Source: Myxococcota bacterium
GTDB taxonomy: Bacteria; Myxococcota_A; UBA9160; JAFDDA01
DNA: 64,000 nt
Reading direction: 5' to 3'
Assembly (NCBI GenBank): GCA_965228475.1
Contig: OZ245817.1
Span: 960,001 to 1,024,000, forward strand
Shown here: positions 8,437 to 17,522 of the stretch, in pieces
Layout: each line of letters begins with the position of its first letter
How positions within the stretch are numbered: position 1 is the stretch's first letter
The notes under the pieces: generated by a model
Database searches by the model: none
What the model was told of the DNA's origin: nothing
Seen by the model: only the letters and a program-made list of their open reading frames with translations
Made by a program: the position numbers and the translations under genes

Positions 8437-8465
8437 ATCTTACGACGGGGGTTGGTGACTGTAAA
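8437..8465 (-). promoter_or_regulatory. Sigma70-type promoter for the PEP-CTERM pair
   Basis: TTTACA-17 nt-TAAGAT, preceded by an A-rich UP-like tract. Confidence 0.65.
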
Positions 8466-8670
8466 CCGCTGAAAATCGCAAACTTTTTCGTTTTTTTGTG
8501 GGTAGCGGGCTTCCACTTCTCGGCAGCGCGCTACCCACCCCACGGGCAACACACCGGCAGTCGCTCGACTCCCCGCGGGGAAGCGCGGGCCGCGAGGGAA
8601 CATCCTTGACGCCGGCCCGCGGAAGCCGCTTTTTTCACCGCCCGTGGCGCGAGCCACGTCAGGGGAGGGC

Positions 8671-10950
8671 ATGGCGAGAGTCTCGCGTTCAGCACGGTGG
8701 GTCCGGAGGTGCCTCCGCTTCCCCGCCGCCGTGCTCGCCCTCTGGCTCGGGCTGGCGGTGGTGGCCGCCTTCGGCGTCGTCCGGCTCGAGTTCGCGACGA
8801 CCCCGGCGAGCTTCCTCGACCGGGTGAGCGAGCCCTGGGCCTTCTACCAGTCGAGCCTCGACCGCTTCGGCGGGGACGAGATCATCGTGCTCGCCTGGGA
8901 TGCCCCTGCGCCCTTCGACGCCGCGACCCTCGCCGACGTGGAGGCGGTGACCCGCACGCTCGAAGCGATGCCGGGTGTCCGGCGCGTCGACAGCCTCGCG
9001 AGCGTGCCGGTGGTGCGGGGCGGCGCCGACGGCTCCCTTGACCTCTCCCCCGCCCTCCAGGCGGGCTCCGCCGCACCCGACGGCGTCCGCGCTGCGCTGC
9101 GCGGAGACCGCATCGCGCCGGCGAGCCTGGTTTCCGCGGACGGCAAGAGCTTCGCGGTGAACGTCCTGCTCTCCGCCGACAACACGGACGAAGAGAAGGA
9201 AGCGCTGGTCGCCCGGGCCGCTGCGCTCATGTCCGAGCGCGACGGCTCCGTCTCCGGCGTGCCGGTCTACGAAGACCGCGCCGCGCGCAGCACGCGTACG
9301 GAGATCCTGACCTTCGTGCCGGTGACGCTGCTCGTCGTCGGCCTCTTCCTCGCCTGGGTCTTCCGCAGCGGCGGCGCCATCCTCGTCCCGCTCGCGACGA
9401 GCGGCCTCGGCTCCTGGATCAACCTCGGCGTGATGGGCTTCATGGGGGAGCCGATCACGCTCACCGGGATGATGCTTCCCTCCGTGCTGCTGGCGCTCGG
9501 GACCGCCTACGTCATGCACGTGCTGGTGGCGGCGCGCGGGCTCCGCGAGACCGAAGACCTCGTCGACGCGATCGCGCCCGTGATCCCGCCGATCCTGCTC
9601 TCGGGCCTCACCACCGCCGTCGGCTTCTTCGCGATCACCACGATCCGCATCGATGCGATCCGCGCGCTCGGAGGGTACGGCGGGGTCGGCGTGCTGACGG
9701 TGCTCGCCGCGGCAGTGACGCTCGCCCCGGCGCTCCTGCGCTGGTTCCCGCTCCCGGCCCACGCCGGCGGGGGGGACCGCTTCCTGCGCGAGCGGTTCTC
9801 GCCCGGCCTCGTCGCCTGGCTCGGGCGTTTCCGCGTCCAGGTGGTCCTGGTGTGGGCGGTGCTGCTCGCCGTCACCGGCTTCGGCATCACGCGCGTGCAC
9901 GTCGAGACGGATGCCGTGCGCTGGTGGCCGCCCGGCTCCGAGATGCGCAACCACTACGAAGCCATCCGCGACCGTTTCTCCGGGATCAGCCCGATGAACG
10001 TGGTGATCGAGTCGCGCGACGGCCGCCGCGTCGTCGAGCCCGACGTCCTGGCGGCGATCGACGCCCTGGCCGCGCATCTCTCGGAATACCGGAACGTCGG
10101 CAAGGTGCTCTCGATGGCCGACCCGCTGCGCCAGCTCCACGGCGGCTTCGTCGAAGACCCCTCCCAGCCCCTGCCCGAGGGCGAAGACCTCGTCGCCCAG
10201 TACCTGCTGCTGCTCGAATCCCTCGACCATCTCCAGGACACGGTCACCTTCGACCGGCTCTCGGCCAACGTGCTCGTGCGCACCAACGACAACGGCTCGC
10301 GCGTGCTGCTCGACGTCGCCTCGGAGGCGGAGCGCTGGTGGGCGGCGAACGGGCCCGAGGACTTCTCCGCGCGCGCGACCGGCGTGATGTTCGAGTTCGC
10401 CCGTGCGGAGGAAGCCATCGCCTGGGGCCAGATCCGCGGCCTCACCCTCGCGATCCTCGCGATCGGCGGAATCCTGCTCCTGGTCTTCCGGACGCCGCTC
10501 GTGGCGGGAATCGCGCTCGTCCCGAACCTCGCGTCCCTCGGCATCATCTACGGCCTGATGGGCCTGCTCGGGATTCCCCTCGACGCCGGCACCGTGTGCA
10601 TGGGGACGCTCGCCCTCGGCATCGCCGTCGACGACACGATCCACGTGGTCGACGGCTACCGGCGCCGGCGCCACCCGAAGACGGGCTCGGGGGTGGGGCG
10701 CGCGGCGGCGCTCGTCGGCACCTACCAGCACGTGCTCCCGGCCCTCGTCTACACGAGCGTCGCGATCGCGGCCGGGTTCCTCGTGCTCGCGCTGTCGGAG
10801 TTCATGCTCACGCGCAACCTCGGCGGGGTCACGGCGGTCGTCGTGGTGATCTGCCTCGTCGCGGACACGACGCTCCTGCCCGCCGTCCTGCTCGGGCAGG
10901 ACGGGAAGGACGCGGCTTCACCGCGCGATTCAGGCGTCGGAGGCGGGTAG
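8671..10950 (+). CDS. MMPL/RND-family membrane exporter
   Basis: Two TM-loop-5TM halves; LALGIAVDDTIH motif; RFGG and RFSG loop motifs. Confidence 0.88.
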   Translation: MARVSRSARWVRRCLRFPAAVLALWLGLAVVAAFGVVRLEFATTPASFLDRVSEPWAFYQSSLDRFGGDEIIVLAWDAPAPFDAATLADVEAVTRTLEAMPGVRRVDSLASVPVVRGGADGSLDLSPALQAGSAAPDGVRAALRGDRIAPASLVSADGKSFAVNVLLSADNTDEEKEALVARAAALMSERDGSVSGVPVYEDRAARSTRTEILTFVPVTLLVVGLFLAWVFRSGGAILVPLATSGLGSWINLGVMGFMGEPITLTGMMLPSVLLALGTAYVMHVLVAARGLRETEDLVDAIAPVIPPILLSGLTTAVGFFAITTIRIDAIRALGGYGGVGVLTVLAAAVTLAPALLRWFPLPAHAGGGDRFLRERFSPGLVAWLGRFRVQVVLVWAVLLAVTGFGITRVHVETDAVRWWPPGSEMRNHYEAIRDRFSGISPMNVVIESRDGRRVVEPDVLAAIDALAAHLSEYRNVGKVLSMADPLRQLHGGFVEDPSQPLPEGEDLVAQYLLLLESLDHLQDTVTFDRLSANVLVRTNDNGSRVLLDVASEAERWWAANGPEDFSARATGVMFEFARAEEAIAWGQIRGLTLAILAIGGILLLVFRTPLVAGIALVPNLASLGIIYGLMGLLGIPLDAGTVCMGTLALGIAVDDTIHVVDGYRRRRHPKTGSGVGRAAALVGTYQHVLPALVYTSVAIAAGFLVLALSEFMLTRNLGGVTAVVVVICLVADTTLLPAVLLGQDGKDAASPRDSGVGGG

Positions 10951-13149
10951 GCCGGACCAGCTGTCGGCGGCCTGGGGCCCGGCCGCGGGCCGGACCTCGA
11001 CGGGGATGCCCGTCAGATGCGCCATCCCGGACACGCGCTCGAGCGAGTCGGGGCCGTCGGCTGCGAGCAGGTTCACGTTCACGCCGCTCGTCTTGCTCGC
11101 CACGGAGAGGCCGCGGGCGTGCTGATGCCCCCAGCCGTGGGGCATGGCGACCGTTCCCGGCAGGAGTTCGTCGAGGAGGCGCACCGGCAGGCGGACGGTC
11201 GCCGTCGCGGATTCGACGTCGGCGAGCGCGCCATCTTCGAGGCCGATGCGCTCCGCGTCCTCCGGGTGCACGTAGAGGTGGTTCGTGTGGAGCGTCCCCG
11301 AGACGAAGTGCTCGTGGTTGTGGGTCCAGCTGTTGTGGGTCTTCACGTGGCGCTTGGTGATGAGGCGCAGGCCGCCCGCATCGCGCTCTTCCTTCGCGAA
11401 GTCCGCCTCGAGCTTGCGGCTCTGTTCGACGAGCTCCGCCGGCGCGAGGTCGACCCGGCCGTCCTCGGTAACGACGCGCTGGCCGAGGAAGTCGCCGCCG
11501 TCCTGGCGGGGCAGGGGGCGGCCGTGCGGCTCGTCGGCCAGGCCCGCGAAGCTTCCGTTGCCGGTCATGCGCAGGATCAGGGAAAGGAGTGCCTTCTGCG
11601 GGATCGCGGGCGTCTCGCCCGGGTTGCGCCGCATGTGCCAGCGCTTCGCCCACCCGAGGAAGCGCTGCACCACGGCGGATCCGAACAGCGGCGCGCCGCT
11701 CGCCTCGGCGAGGTCGAGGTAGATCGTCGCCTCGTCGCGCTGCTCGCCGTCCGAGCGCACGACGCGCTCGGTCGCCTGGAGGTAGCGCCGGGACTGCATG
11801 CCCATGAAGAGCGGGAAGAGGAAGATCAGGTCGGGCCGCTCCATGGGCGAAGTCGCGGGCAGGACGTAGTGGGCCAGGGAGGCCGTCTCGTTCAGGAAGA
11901 TGTCGGTCACGACGAGGAGCTCGAGCTCCTGGAAGGCCTTCTTCAGCCGGCCCGCGTTGGCCATGGTGATGAGCGGGTTGCCGCCGGTCACGAACAGGGC
12001 GCGGATCCGCCGGTCGCCCGGCTCGAGGATCTCGTCGGCGAGGATGCCGCCCGGGAAGGCGTCGTTCACCTTCGGAAAACCGCCGACGCGCGAGCGGTCG
12101 TCCGCGACGCCGACGCCATGCTTCACGCCGAACTTCGCGAAGTCGAAGATGCCCTGGCCGACGAGCGTGCCGCCCGGCCGGTCGAGGTTGCCGGAGACCG
12201 CGTTGATGGCCTCCTGGAGCCAGAAGCAGAGCGACCCGTTGGTGCCCATGTTGACGCCGGTCGAGGAGTAGAGCGCGGCGCCGTCGGCCTCGCGGTAGGC
12301 CGTGACCATCTCGCGGAGCTTCGTCGCCGGCACGAGCGTCACGCCCTCCGTGCGCTCCGGCGTCCAGGGCGCGGCGAGCGCCGCGAGCGCGTCGTAGCCC
12401 CGCGTGTGCCGCGCGACGGTCTCCGCGTCGACGCCGCCCGAGGCGATCAGCTCCTGCAGGAACGAGAGGAAGAAGAAGACGTCCGTGTTCGGACGGATCG
12501 CGACGTGCTCGCCCGCCGCCTTCGCCGTTTCCGTCCGACGCGGGTCGAGGATGAAGATCCGGCCGCCGCGCTCCTCGATCTCCCGCAGCCGCTTCATCGG
12601 GTTCGAGACCTGGAGGAAGCTCCACTTCGAGACCACGGGGTTCGCGCCGGCGATGATCAGGCACTCGGTGCGGTCGACGTCCGGGAAGGGCTGGGTGAAG
12701 GGGAAGCCGTAGACCTGGCGGGCCACGGCGAACTTGTTCGCGCAGTCCTGGGTGGCCGAGGCGTAGATGTTCTTCGAGCCGATCCCGTCCATGAAGCCCT
12801 TGGCGAAGATCGGGTGGAGGACGCCGAAGCCGGCCGCGGTCCCCACGTACATGGAGATCGTGTCCGGGTGGATGCCGCGCAGCTTCCGGACCTTCTCCCC
12901 GATCTCCGCGAGCGCCTGCTCCCAGGAGATGCGCTCGAAGCCGTCCCCGACCCGCTTGAGCGGGTACCGGAGCCGGTCCGGGGATTGGTAGAAGTGGTGC
13001 TGCTTCAGGCCCTTCACGCAGGCGAAGCCCTCGGTCACGACGTGCTTCGGGTCGGGCTGGATGCCGGTGATCCGCTCCCCTTCGACCTCGACTTCGAGGC
13101 CGCAGAGGCTTTCGCAGATCCGGCAGAAGGTGTGGCGGGTTTCCGGCAT
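10930..13149 (-). CDS. Molybdopterin-dependent oxidoreductase (DMSO reductase superfamily)
   Basis: N-terminal CRICESLC...C 4Fe-4S motif; GANPVVS, DPRRTETA, GGNP, DIFLNETA; C-terminal VHPEDAERIGL dinucleotide-binding domain. Confidence 0.92.
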   Translation of the reverse strand: MPETRHTFCRICESLCGLEVEVEGERITGIQPDPKHVVTEGFACVKGLKQHHFYQSPDRLRYPLKRVGDGFERISWEQALAEIGEKVRKLRGIHPDTISMYVGTAAGFGVLHPIFAKGFMDGIGSKNIYASATQDCANKFAVARQVYGFPFTQPFPDVDRTECLIIAGANPVVSKWSFLQVSNPMKRLREIEERGGRIFILDPRRTETAKAAGEHVAIRPNTDVFFFLSFLQELIASGGVDAETVARHTRGYDALAALAAPWTPERTEGVTLVPATKLREMVTAYREADGAALYSSTGVNMGTNGSLCFWLQEAINAVSGNLDRPGGTLVGQGIFDFAKFGVKHGVGVADDRSRVGGFPKVNDAFPGGILADEILEPGDRRIRALFVTGGNPLITMANAGRLKKAFQELELLVVTDIFLNETASLAHYVLPATSPMERPDLIFLFPLFMGMQSRRYLQATERVVRSDGEQRDEATIYLDLAEASGAPLFGSAVVQRFLGWAKRWHMRRNPGETPAIPQKALLSLILRMTGNGSFAGLADEPHGRPLPRQDGGDFLGQRVVTEDGRVDLAPAELVEQSRKLEADFAKEERDAGGLRLITKRHVKTHNSWTHNHEHFVSGTLHTNHLYVHPEDAERIGLEDGALADVESATATVRLPVRLLDELLPGTVAMPHGWGHQHARGLSVASKTSGVNVNLLAADGPDSLERVSGMAHLTGIPVEVRPAAGPQAADSWSGLPASDA

Positions 13150-13233
13150 TCCGGCCGAGGATAGCCGCTGGGCCCGGCGGGGTTGCGCCGCGCCGCCGTT
13201 GGGGTACTGAATGGCCTCCCCAGGAGGAACCCC

Positions 13234-13440
13234 ATGGCTCGCGTCACCGTCGAAGACTGCATCGAGAAGGTGCCCAACCGTTTCGAGCTCGTGCACGTCG
13301 CCTCGCGGCGCACCAAGCAGCTCAAGCGCGGCGGCCGCGCCCTCGTCGAGTGCGAGAACAAGGAAGTCGTGACCTCCCTGCGCGAGATCGCCGACGGCCT
13401 GGTCGGCCCGGCTCGCGAGGAGGAGGAGGTCGAAGCGTAG
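13234..13440 (+). CDS. rpoZ: RNA polymerase omega subunit
   Basis: [20 protein letters not shown]...LREIA; AGGAGG RBS. Confidence 0.95.
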   Translation: MARVTVEDCIEKVPNRFELVHVASRRTKQLKRGGRALVECENKEVVTSLREIADGLVGPAREEEEVEA

Positions 13441-13515
13441 GCTTCGCCCCTCAAGGTCCCCTCGGGGAACTCATTTCCCTCCAGAAATACCTCAAATTCG
13501 GCTAGGCCCGCCTGC

Positions 13516-13545
13516 TTGACGCGGGGGAAAACCGGCACGTAGGAT
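13516..13545 (+). promoter_or_regulatory. Sigma70-type promoter, probably leaderless transcript
   Basis: TTGACG-18 nt-TAGGAT, 8 nt before GTG 13554. Confidence 0.65.
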
Positions 13546-13553
13546 CGGAAACC

Positions 13554-14192
13554 GTGAGTCCGCTTGCGGCCGATCGAGGCCCGATTTCTCCCACGCGCGC
13601 GGAGGTCCGCGCCCGGATCTACGAGACCTTCGTTGCGCGCGCCGCCCAGGACGGCCCGCGTGGGGTGGTGATGGCCGAGCTTGCCCGCGAACTCGGGATC
13701 AGCACGCGCACGCTCTACCAGCATTTCCCCTCGAAGGCCGAACTGGTCGCCGAGATCATGCGCCGCTGGGCGGCCGAGGTCGCCGAGAAGACCGAAGCCT
13801 GCCTGAAGAGTGGGCTCGGCCCCATCGAGCGGATGCAGCGATCCGCCGAGGCCTGGGTCGAGTCCCAGAATCGTTTCTCCCGTACCTTTTGGTTACAGAT
13901 CCAGCGGGACTACCCGGCTGCCCTCGGGGTGCTGGTCGGCCAGGTCAAACAGAGTCTGCGCGTGGGGCGGGAACAGCTGGGCGGCGAGCTCCGCGAGGAG
14001 CTTCACCAGAAGATCGCCTTCCAGACGCTGATCGCCGCGCTGCAGACGGCCGCCGACCCGGCGACCTGCGACCGGCTCGGCGTGTCCCGTGAGCAGGCCG
14101 TGCGCGAGGCGATCGAGATCTGGTCCCGGGGGGCGCTCCCGCAGGCGGGCGATGCGGCGCCGGCTCGGGCGGAAGAAAGGCGAGACGCGTGA
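13554..14192 (+). CDS. TetR-family regulator (paralog 1)
   Basis: MAELARELGISTRTLYQHFPSKAELV HTH. Confidence 0.88.
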   Translation: MSPLAADRGPISPTRAEVRARIYETFVARAAQDGPRGVVMAELARELGISTRTLYQHFPSKAELVAEIMRRWAAEVAEKTEACLKSGLGPIERMQRSAEAWVESQNRFSRTFWLQIQRDYPAALGVLVGQVKQSLRVGREQLGGELREELHQKIAFQTLIAALQTAADPATCDRLGVSREQAVREAIEIWSRGALPQAGDAAPARAEERRDA

Positions 14193-14800
14193 GTGAAGTC
14201 CTGGCCCTCGACCCGAAAGAACGAACCCGCGAGCGCATCCTCGAGGCCTTCATCGCGCGCGCGCGTGTGGACGGAACCCGAAGCGTGGTGATGGCCGAGC
14301 TCGCGCGCGACCTCGGCATGAGCACGCGCACCCTCTACCAGCACTTCGCCTCCAAGGCGGACCTCGTCACCTGCCTGATGGAGCGCTGGGTGGCGGACGT
14401 TGAGCGCGACCTCGACGCCAACCGCGCCAAGCAGCTTCCGCCCGTCGAGCACCTGATGCGCACGGCGGACATCTGGCTGGAAGGTCACTGCCGTTTCTCG
14501 CCGACGTTCTGGGATCAGGTCCACCGGGACTTCCCCGAGGCTTCCTCCGGCTTCCACGGGGCCATGCGGGCCCTGCTGCACGATGGCCGCGACCGCCTCG
14601 CAGCCTTCATCCGCGACGACGTCGACCCGGGCCTCGCCCACTCCTTGTTGAACGCGGCACTCGCCGCGGCTTCCGACCCGGATCGCTGCGACCGCCTCGG
14701 CCTTTCCCGCAGCCAGGCCGTCCGCCAGGCCATCGAGATCTGGGTGCGCGGCGTGCTGCGCCCGGAGCGTTCGCTCCACGTGGTGGCCGACCCCGACTGA
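14189..14800 (+). CDS. TetR-family regulator (paralog 2)
   Basis: MAELARDLGMSTRTLYQHFASKADLV HTH; GTGA overlap with paralog 1. Confidence 0.88.
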   Translation: MSEVLALDPKERTRERILEAFIARARVDGTRSVVMAELARDLGMSTRTLYQHFASKADLVTCLMERWVADVERDLDANRAKQLPPVEHLMRTADIWLEGHCRFSPTFWDQVHRDFPEASSGFHGAMRALLHDGRDRLAAFIRDDVDPGLAHSLLNAALAAASDPDRCDRLGLSRSQAVRQAIEIWVRGVLRPERSLHVVADPD

Positions 14801-14857
14801 GCTTCCGCTCGAAGCTCCCGGTTCGCCTGCGAGGTGGAGTTGGTACGCTCCGCCGCG

Positions 14858-15568
14858 ATGAACGTCATCGAGCTCGCCGGCGCCTCGAAGCGCTATGGGC
14901 GGCGCGACGCGCTGCTCGACGTCGATCTCGCCGTGCCCGAAGGGGCGACGGTCGGCCTGCTCGGCCCGAACGGCGCCGGCAAGACCACCGCGCTGCGCCT
15001 GCTCCTCGGTTTCAGTCGGCCGACGGGCGGCAGGGCCCGGCTACGCGGGCTCGACCCGGCCGAACCCGGGAGCCGCGTGGGCCTCGGCTACCTGCCCGAG
15101 CGCGTCGCCCTGCCGGCCCGGATGACGGTGCGCAGCGTGCTCGAACTCCACGCGGGCCTGGCCGGGCTCGCCGGCGCCGAGGCGGAGCGCGCGATCGACG
15201 CGGCGCTCGACCGCACCGGGATCGAGGACCGCTCGGCGGAGCGCGTCGGGAATCTCTCGAAGGGTCTCTTGCAGCGGGTCGGCTTCGCCCAGGCCCTGCT
15301 CGGGGACCCGGACGTCCTGCTGCTCGACGAGCCGACCTCGGGCCTCGACCCGATCGGAATCCGCGACGCGCGCGAGTGGATCGCCGAGGCGCGCGAGCGG
15401 GGCTGCACGGTGCTCGTGAGTTCGCACGTGCTCTCGGAGGTCGAGCGGGTGTGCGACCGCGTGGCGATCCTCCACGAAGGGCGGACGGTGGCCTCGGGCT
15501 CCGTCGACGAGATCGTCGCGCCCGGGGAATCCCTCGAGGACGCCTTCGTGCGTCAGGTGCGCGGATGA
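14858..15568 (+). CDS. ABC transporter ATP-binding protein
   Basis: Walker A GPNGAGKTT, signature LSKG, Walker B LLLDEP, SSH switch. Confidence 0.93.
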   Translation: MNVIELAGASKRYGRRDALLDVDLAVPEGATVGLLGPNGAGKTTALRLLLGFSRPTGGRARLRGLDPAEPGSRVGLGYLPERVALPARMTVRSVLELHAGLAGLAGAEAERAIDAALDRTGIEDRSAERVGNLSKGLLQRVGFAQALLGDPDVLLLDEPTSGLDPIGIRDAREWIAEARERGCTVLVSSHVLSEVERVCDRVAILHEGRTVASGSVDEIVAPGESLEDAFVRQVRG

Positions 15569-15617
15569 CGGGAGCGCGCGTACGGACGGGCCCGGTCGTG
15601 CGGCGGAGCGCCCGGCG

Positions 15618-16430
15618 ATGAGCGGCGTGCGATCCTTCCGCATCCTCGCCTTCGAAGCGGTCGCGGACGCCGTGCGCCGCCGGGCCGTCGCCGCGGTCGC
15701 CGCGGTCGCGGTGCTCTCGCTGCTCGGCGTCGACAGCTGCACGAGCTGCGCGGGCGGCCAGATCATGGTGAACGGCCAGCCGGCGCAGCTTCCCGAGGTG
15801 GCCGGCGCGACGGGCGTGGTCACCTTCACGGTGCTCGCCCTGTGGTGCATGGTGCTGGCCGGCGTGCTCGCGGCGGACCATCTCGTGCAGACCCTCGAGG
15901 ACGGCTCCGCAGGCCTGTCGCTCGCGCGCCCCGTCGGCCGCGGCACGTTCGCCTACGCCCGCCTGGCCGGCGCGCTCACCATCGCCCTGGCGACGGGGGC
16001 GGTCCTGCTCGGCGCGACGACGTTCCTGCTCGGGGCCCGGAGCGGGCTTCCGCCGGGCCCGGCCGTGATCGCGGGCGCAGCCTTCGCCTGCGGCGCACTC
16101 ATCGTGGCCGCCCTCGGCATGACGTTCTCGCTCTACGTGCCCCGCGTGGCCGGGCTGCTCGGCGTCTTCGCCCTCGTCGGGATGACCGCCCTGGCGAACG
16201 GCCTCTCCCTGGCCGGCCGCGCCGGCGACGGCTGGCTCGGCTGGCTCGACCGCCTCGGCCCGCCGCTCGCGAGCTCCGTCGTGCTCGGGCTTTGGGGATG
16301 GCTGCCCGAGGTCGAGATCACGGGGGAGCCCACCGACGTGCTCGCGCGGGTCTTCGCCTGGGTGGTGCTCTCGCTCCTGGCGTTGCGGGCGGCCTTCAGC
16401 CGGGTCGAGCTCGGCGGCCAGGCGCCGTGA
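15618..16430 (+). CDS. ABC-2-type permease-like membrane protein
   Basis: About 6 TM helices; EDGS...LARPVGR motif; follows the ABC ATPase. Confidence 0.7.
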   Translation: MSGVRSFRILAFEAVADAVRRRAVAAVAAVAVLSLLGVDSCTSCAGGQIMVNGQPAQLPEVAGATGVVTFTVLALWCMVLAGVLAADHLVQTLEDGSAGLSLARPVGRGTFAYARLAGALTIALATGAVLLGATTFLLGARSGLPPGPAVIAGAAFACGALIVAALGMTFSLYVPRVAGLLGVFALVGMTALANGLSLAGRAGDGWLGWLDRLGPPLASSVVLGLWGWLPEVEITGEPTDVLARVFAWVVLSLLALRAAFSRVELGGQAP

Positions 16431-16467
16431 GCCGGAGCTCGGCTCCCCGGGGCCGAGGGCGTCGCTC

Positions 16468-16668
16468 ATGGCCAAGAAGAAACGCCGGACGCGCCCGGGC
16501 TGCTGCGAGCTGGCCGGCCGGAACCTCGCCTGGTTCGACCGCGAGGAGGCCTGGCACCCGGCCTCTTTCGCCCGGGATCCCCGTCGCGACCGGCCGCCGT
16601 CGGCGCCTCTCTCGGCCTGCCCCTTCTGCGGGGAGAAGCTGGTGCCGCCCAAGGCGCGGCCTCGCTGA
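16468..16668 (+). CDS. Small Cys-rich putative zinc-binding protein
   Basis: 66 aa; CC near the N-terminus and CPFCGEKL near the C-terminus; fills the intergenic gap. Confidence 0.55.
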   Translation: MAKKKRRTRPGCCELAGRNLAWFDREEAWHPASFARDPRRDRPPSAPLSACPFCGEKLVPPKARPR

Positions 16669-16712
16669 CCCGGGGGAGTTGCACTAAACCGTCTGGACGG
16701 TACAGTCCCGCG

Positions 16713-17522
16713 ATGGCCGAAGCCCGCGTCGAAGATCAGATCGCCGCTCTCGAGCACCGCATCCGGGAGACCGCCGAGGAGCTCGGGGCGCTGCGCCGGA
16801 GGCTCCGTCCCGCCGTCCGCGCCCGGGCCGAGGCAGCCGAGATCCGCGACGCATGGGACGGCCTCTCGGGCCGCTGGCGCTTCGCGCTGCTCGCCGGCCT
16901 CGTGGCCTTCGTGCTCGCTGGATACCTCTTCTACATGAACCTCGGCTGGTACGCGGACCAGCGCTCGCTCCCGCCGAGCTCCGACTGGCTGCTCGACCGG
17001 CTCCCGCTCTTCAACCTCGTCTTCATGCTCTCGTGGGGCTGGCTCGCGCTGCACGCCTTCGCCGCCGGGGCTGCCGCGCTCTACGAGCCGCGCCGGCTCC
17101 CGTTCCTGCTCTTCCTGCTCGGGATCTACCTGTTCGTCCGCACGGTCTTTGTGTTCCTCTCGCCGATCGGCGCCCCCGTGGCCATCCTCGACATGCGCGA
17201 GTTCGACGCGCTGTTCGCCGCGGTCGCCGGCGAGTACACCTTCCAGAACGAGTTCATCTTCTCGGGACACACGGCGGTGCCGTTCCTGTTCGCCCTGTTC
17301 TTCCGGCGGCCCGCGCACCGCGCGGTGATGTTCGCCGGAAGCCTCGCCATGGCCGTCTCGGTTCTCGTCACGCGCAACCACTACACGGTGGACGTGATCT
17401 CGGCCTACCTCGTCGGCTACGCGATCTTCGCCCTGAGCGCGGCGCTCTGGGATCGCCTGGCGGCGTGGCTCCGCGGCGAGGGCGTGGCGCTCAGTCCTTC
17501 GGGGGACGCAGCGGCCGGATGA
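16713..17522 (+). CDS. PAP2-superfamily membrane phosphotransferase, sphingomyelin/IPC-synthase-like
   Basis: About 6 TM; FSGHT and HYTVDV motifs. Confidence 0.75.
   Translation: MAEARVEDQIAALEHRIRETAEELGALRRRLRPAVRARAEAAEIRDAWDGLSGRWRFALLAGLVAFVLAGYLFYMNLGWYADQRSLPPSSDWLLDRLPLFNLVFMLSWGWLALHAFAAGAAALYEPRRLPFLLFLLGIYLFVRTVFVFLSPIGAPVAILDMREFDALFAAVAGEYTFQNEFIFSGHTAVPFLFALFFRRPAHRAVMFAGSLAMAVSVLVTRNHYTVDVISAYLVGYAIFALSAALWDRLAAWLRGEGVALSPSGDAAAG

Noticed and set aside
10930..10950. 21-nt 3' overlap of MMPL and molybdopterin genes (similarly 17491-17522)
   Set aside because: Short convergent overlaps are ordinary in GC-rich genomes
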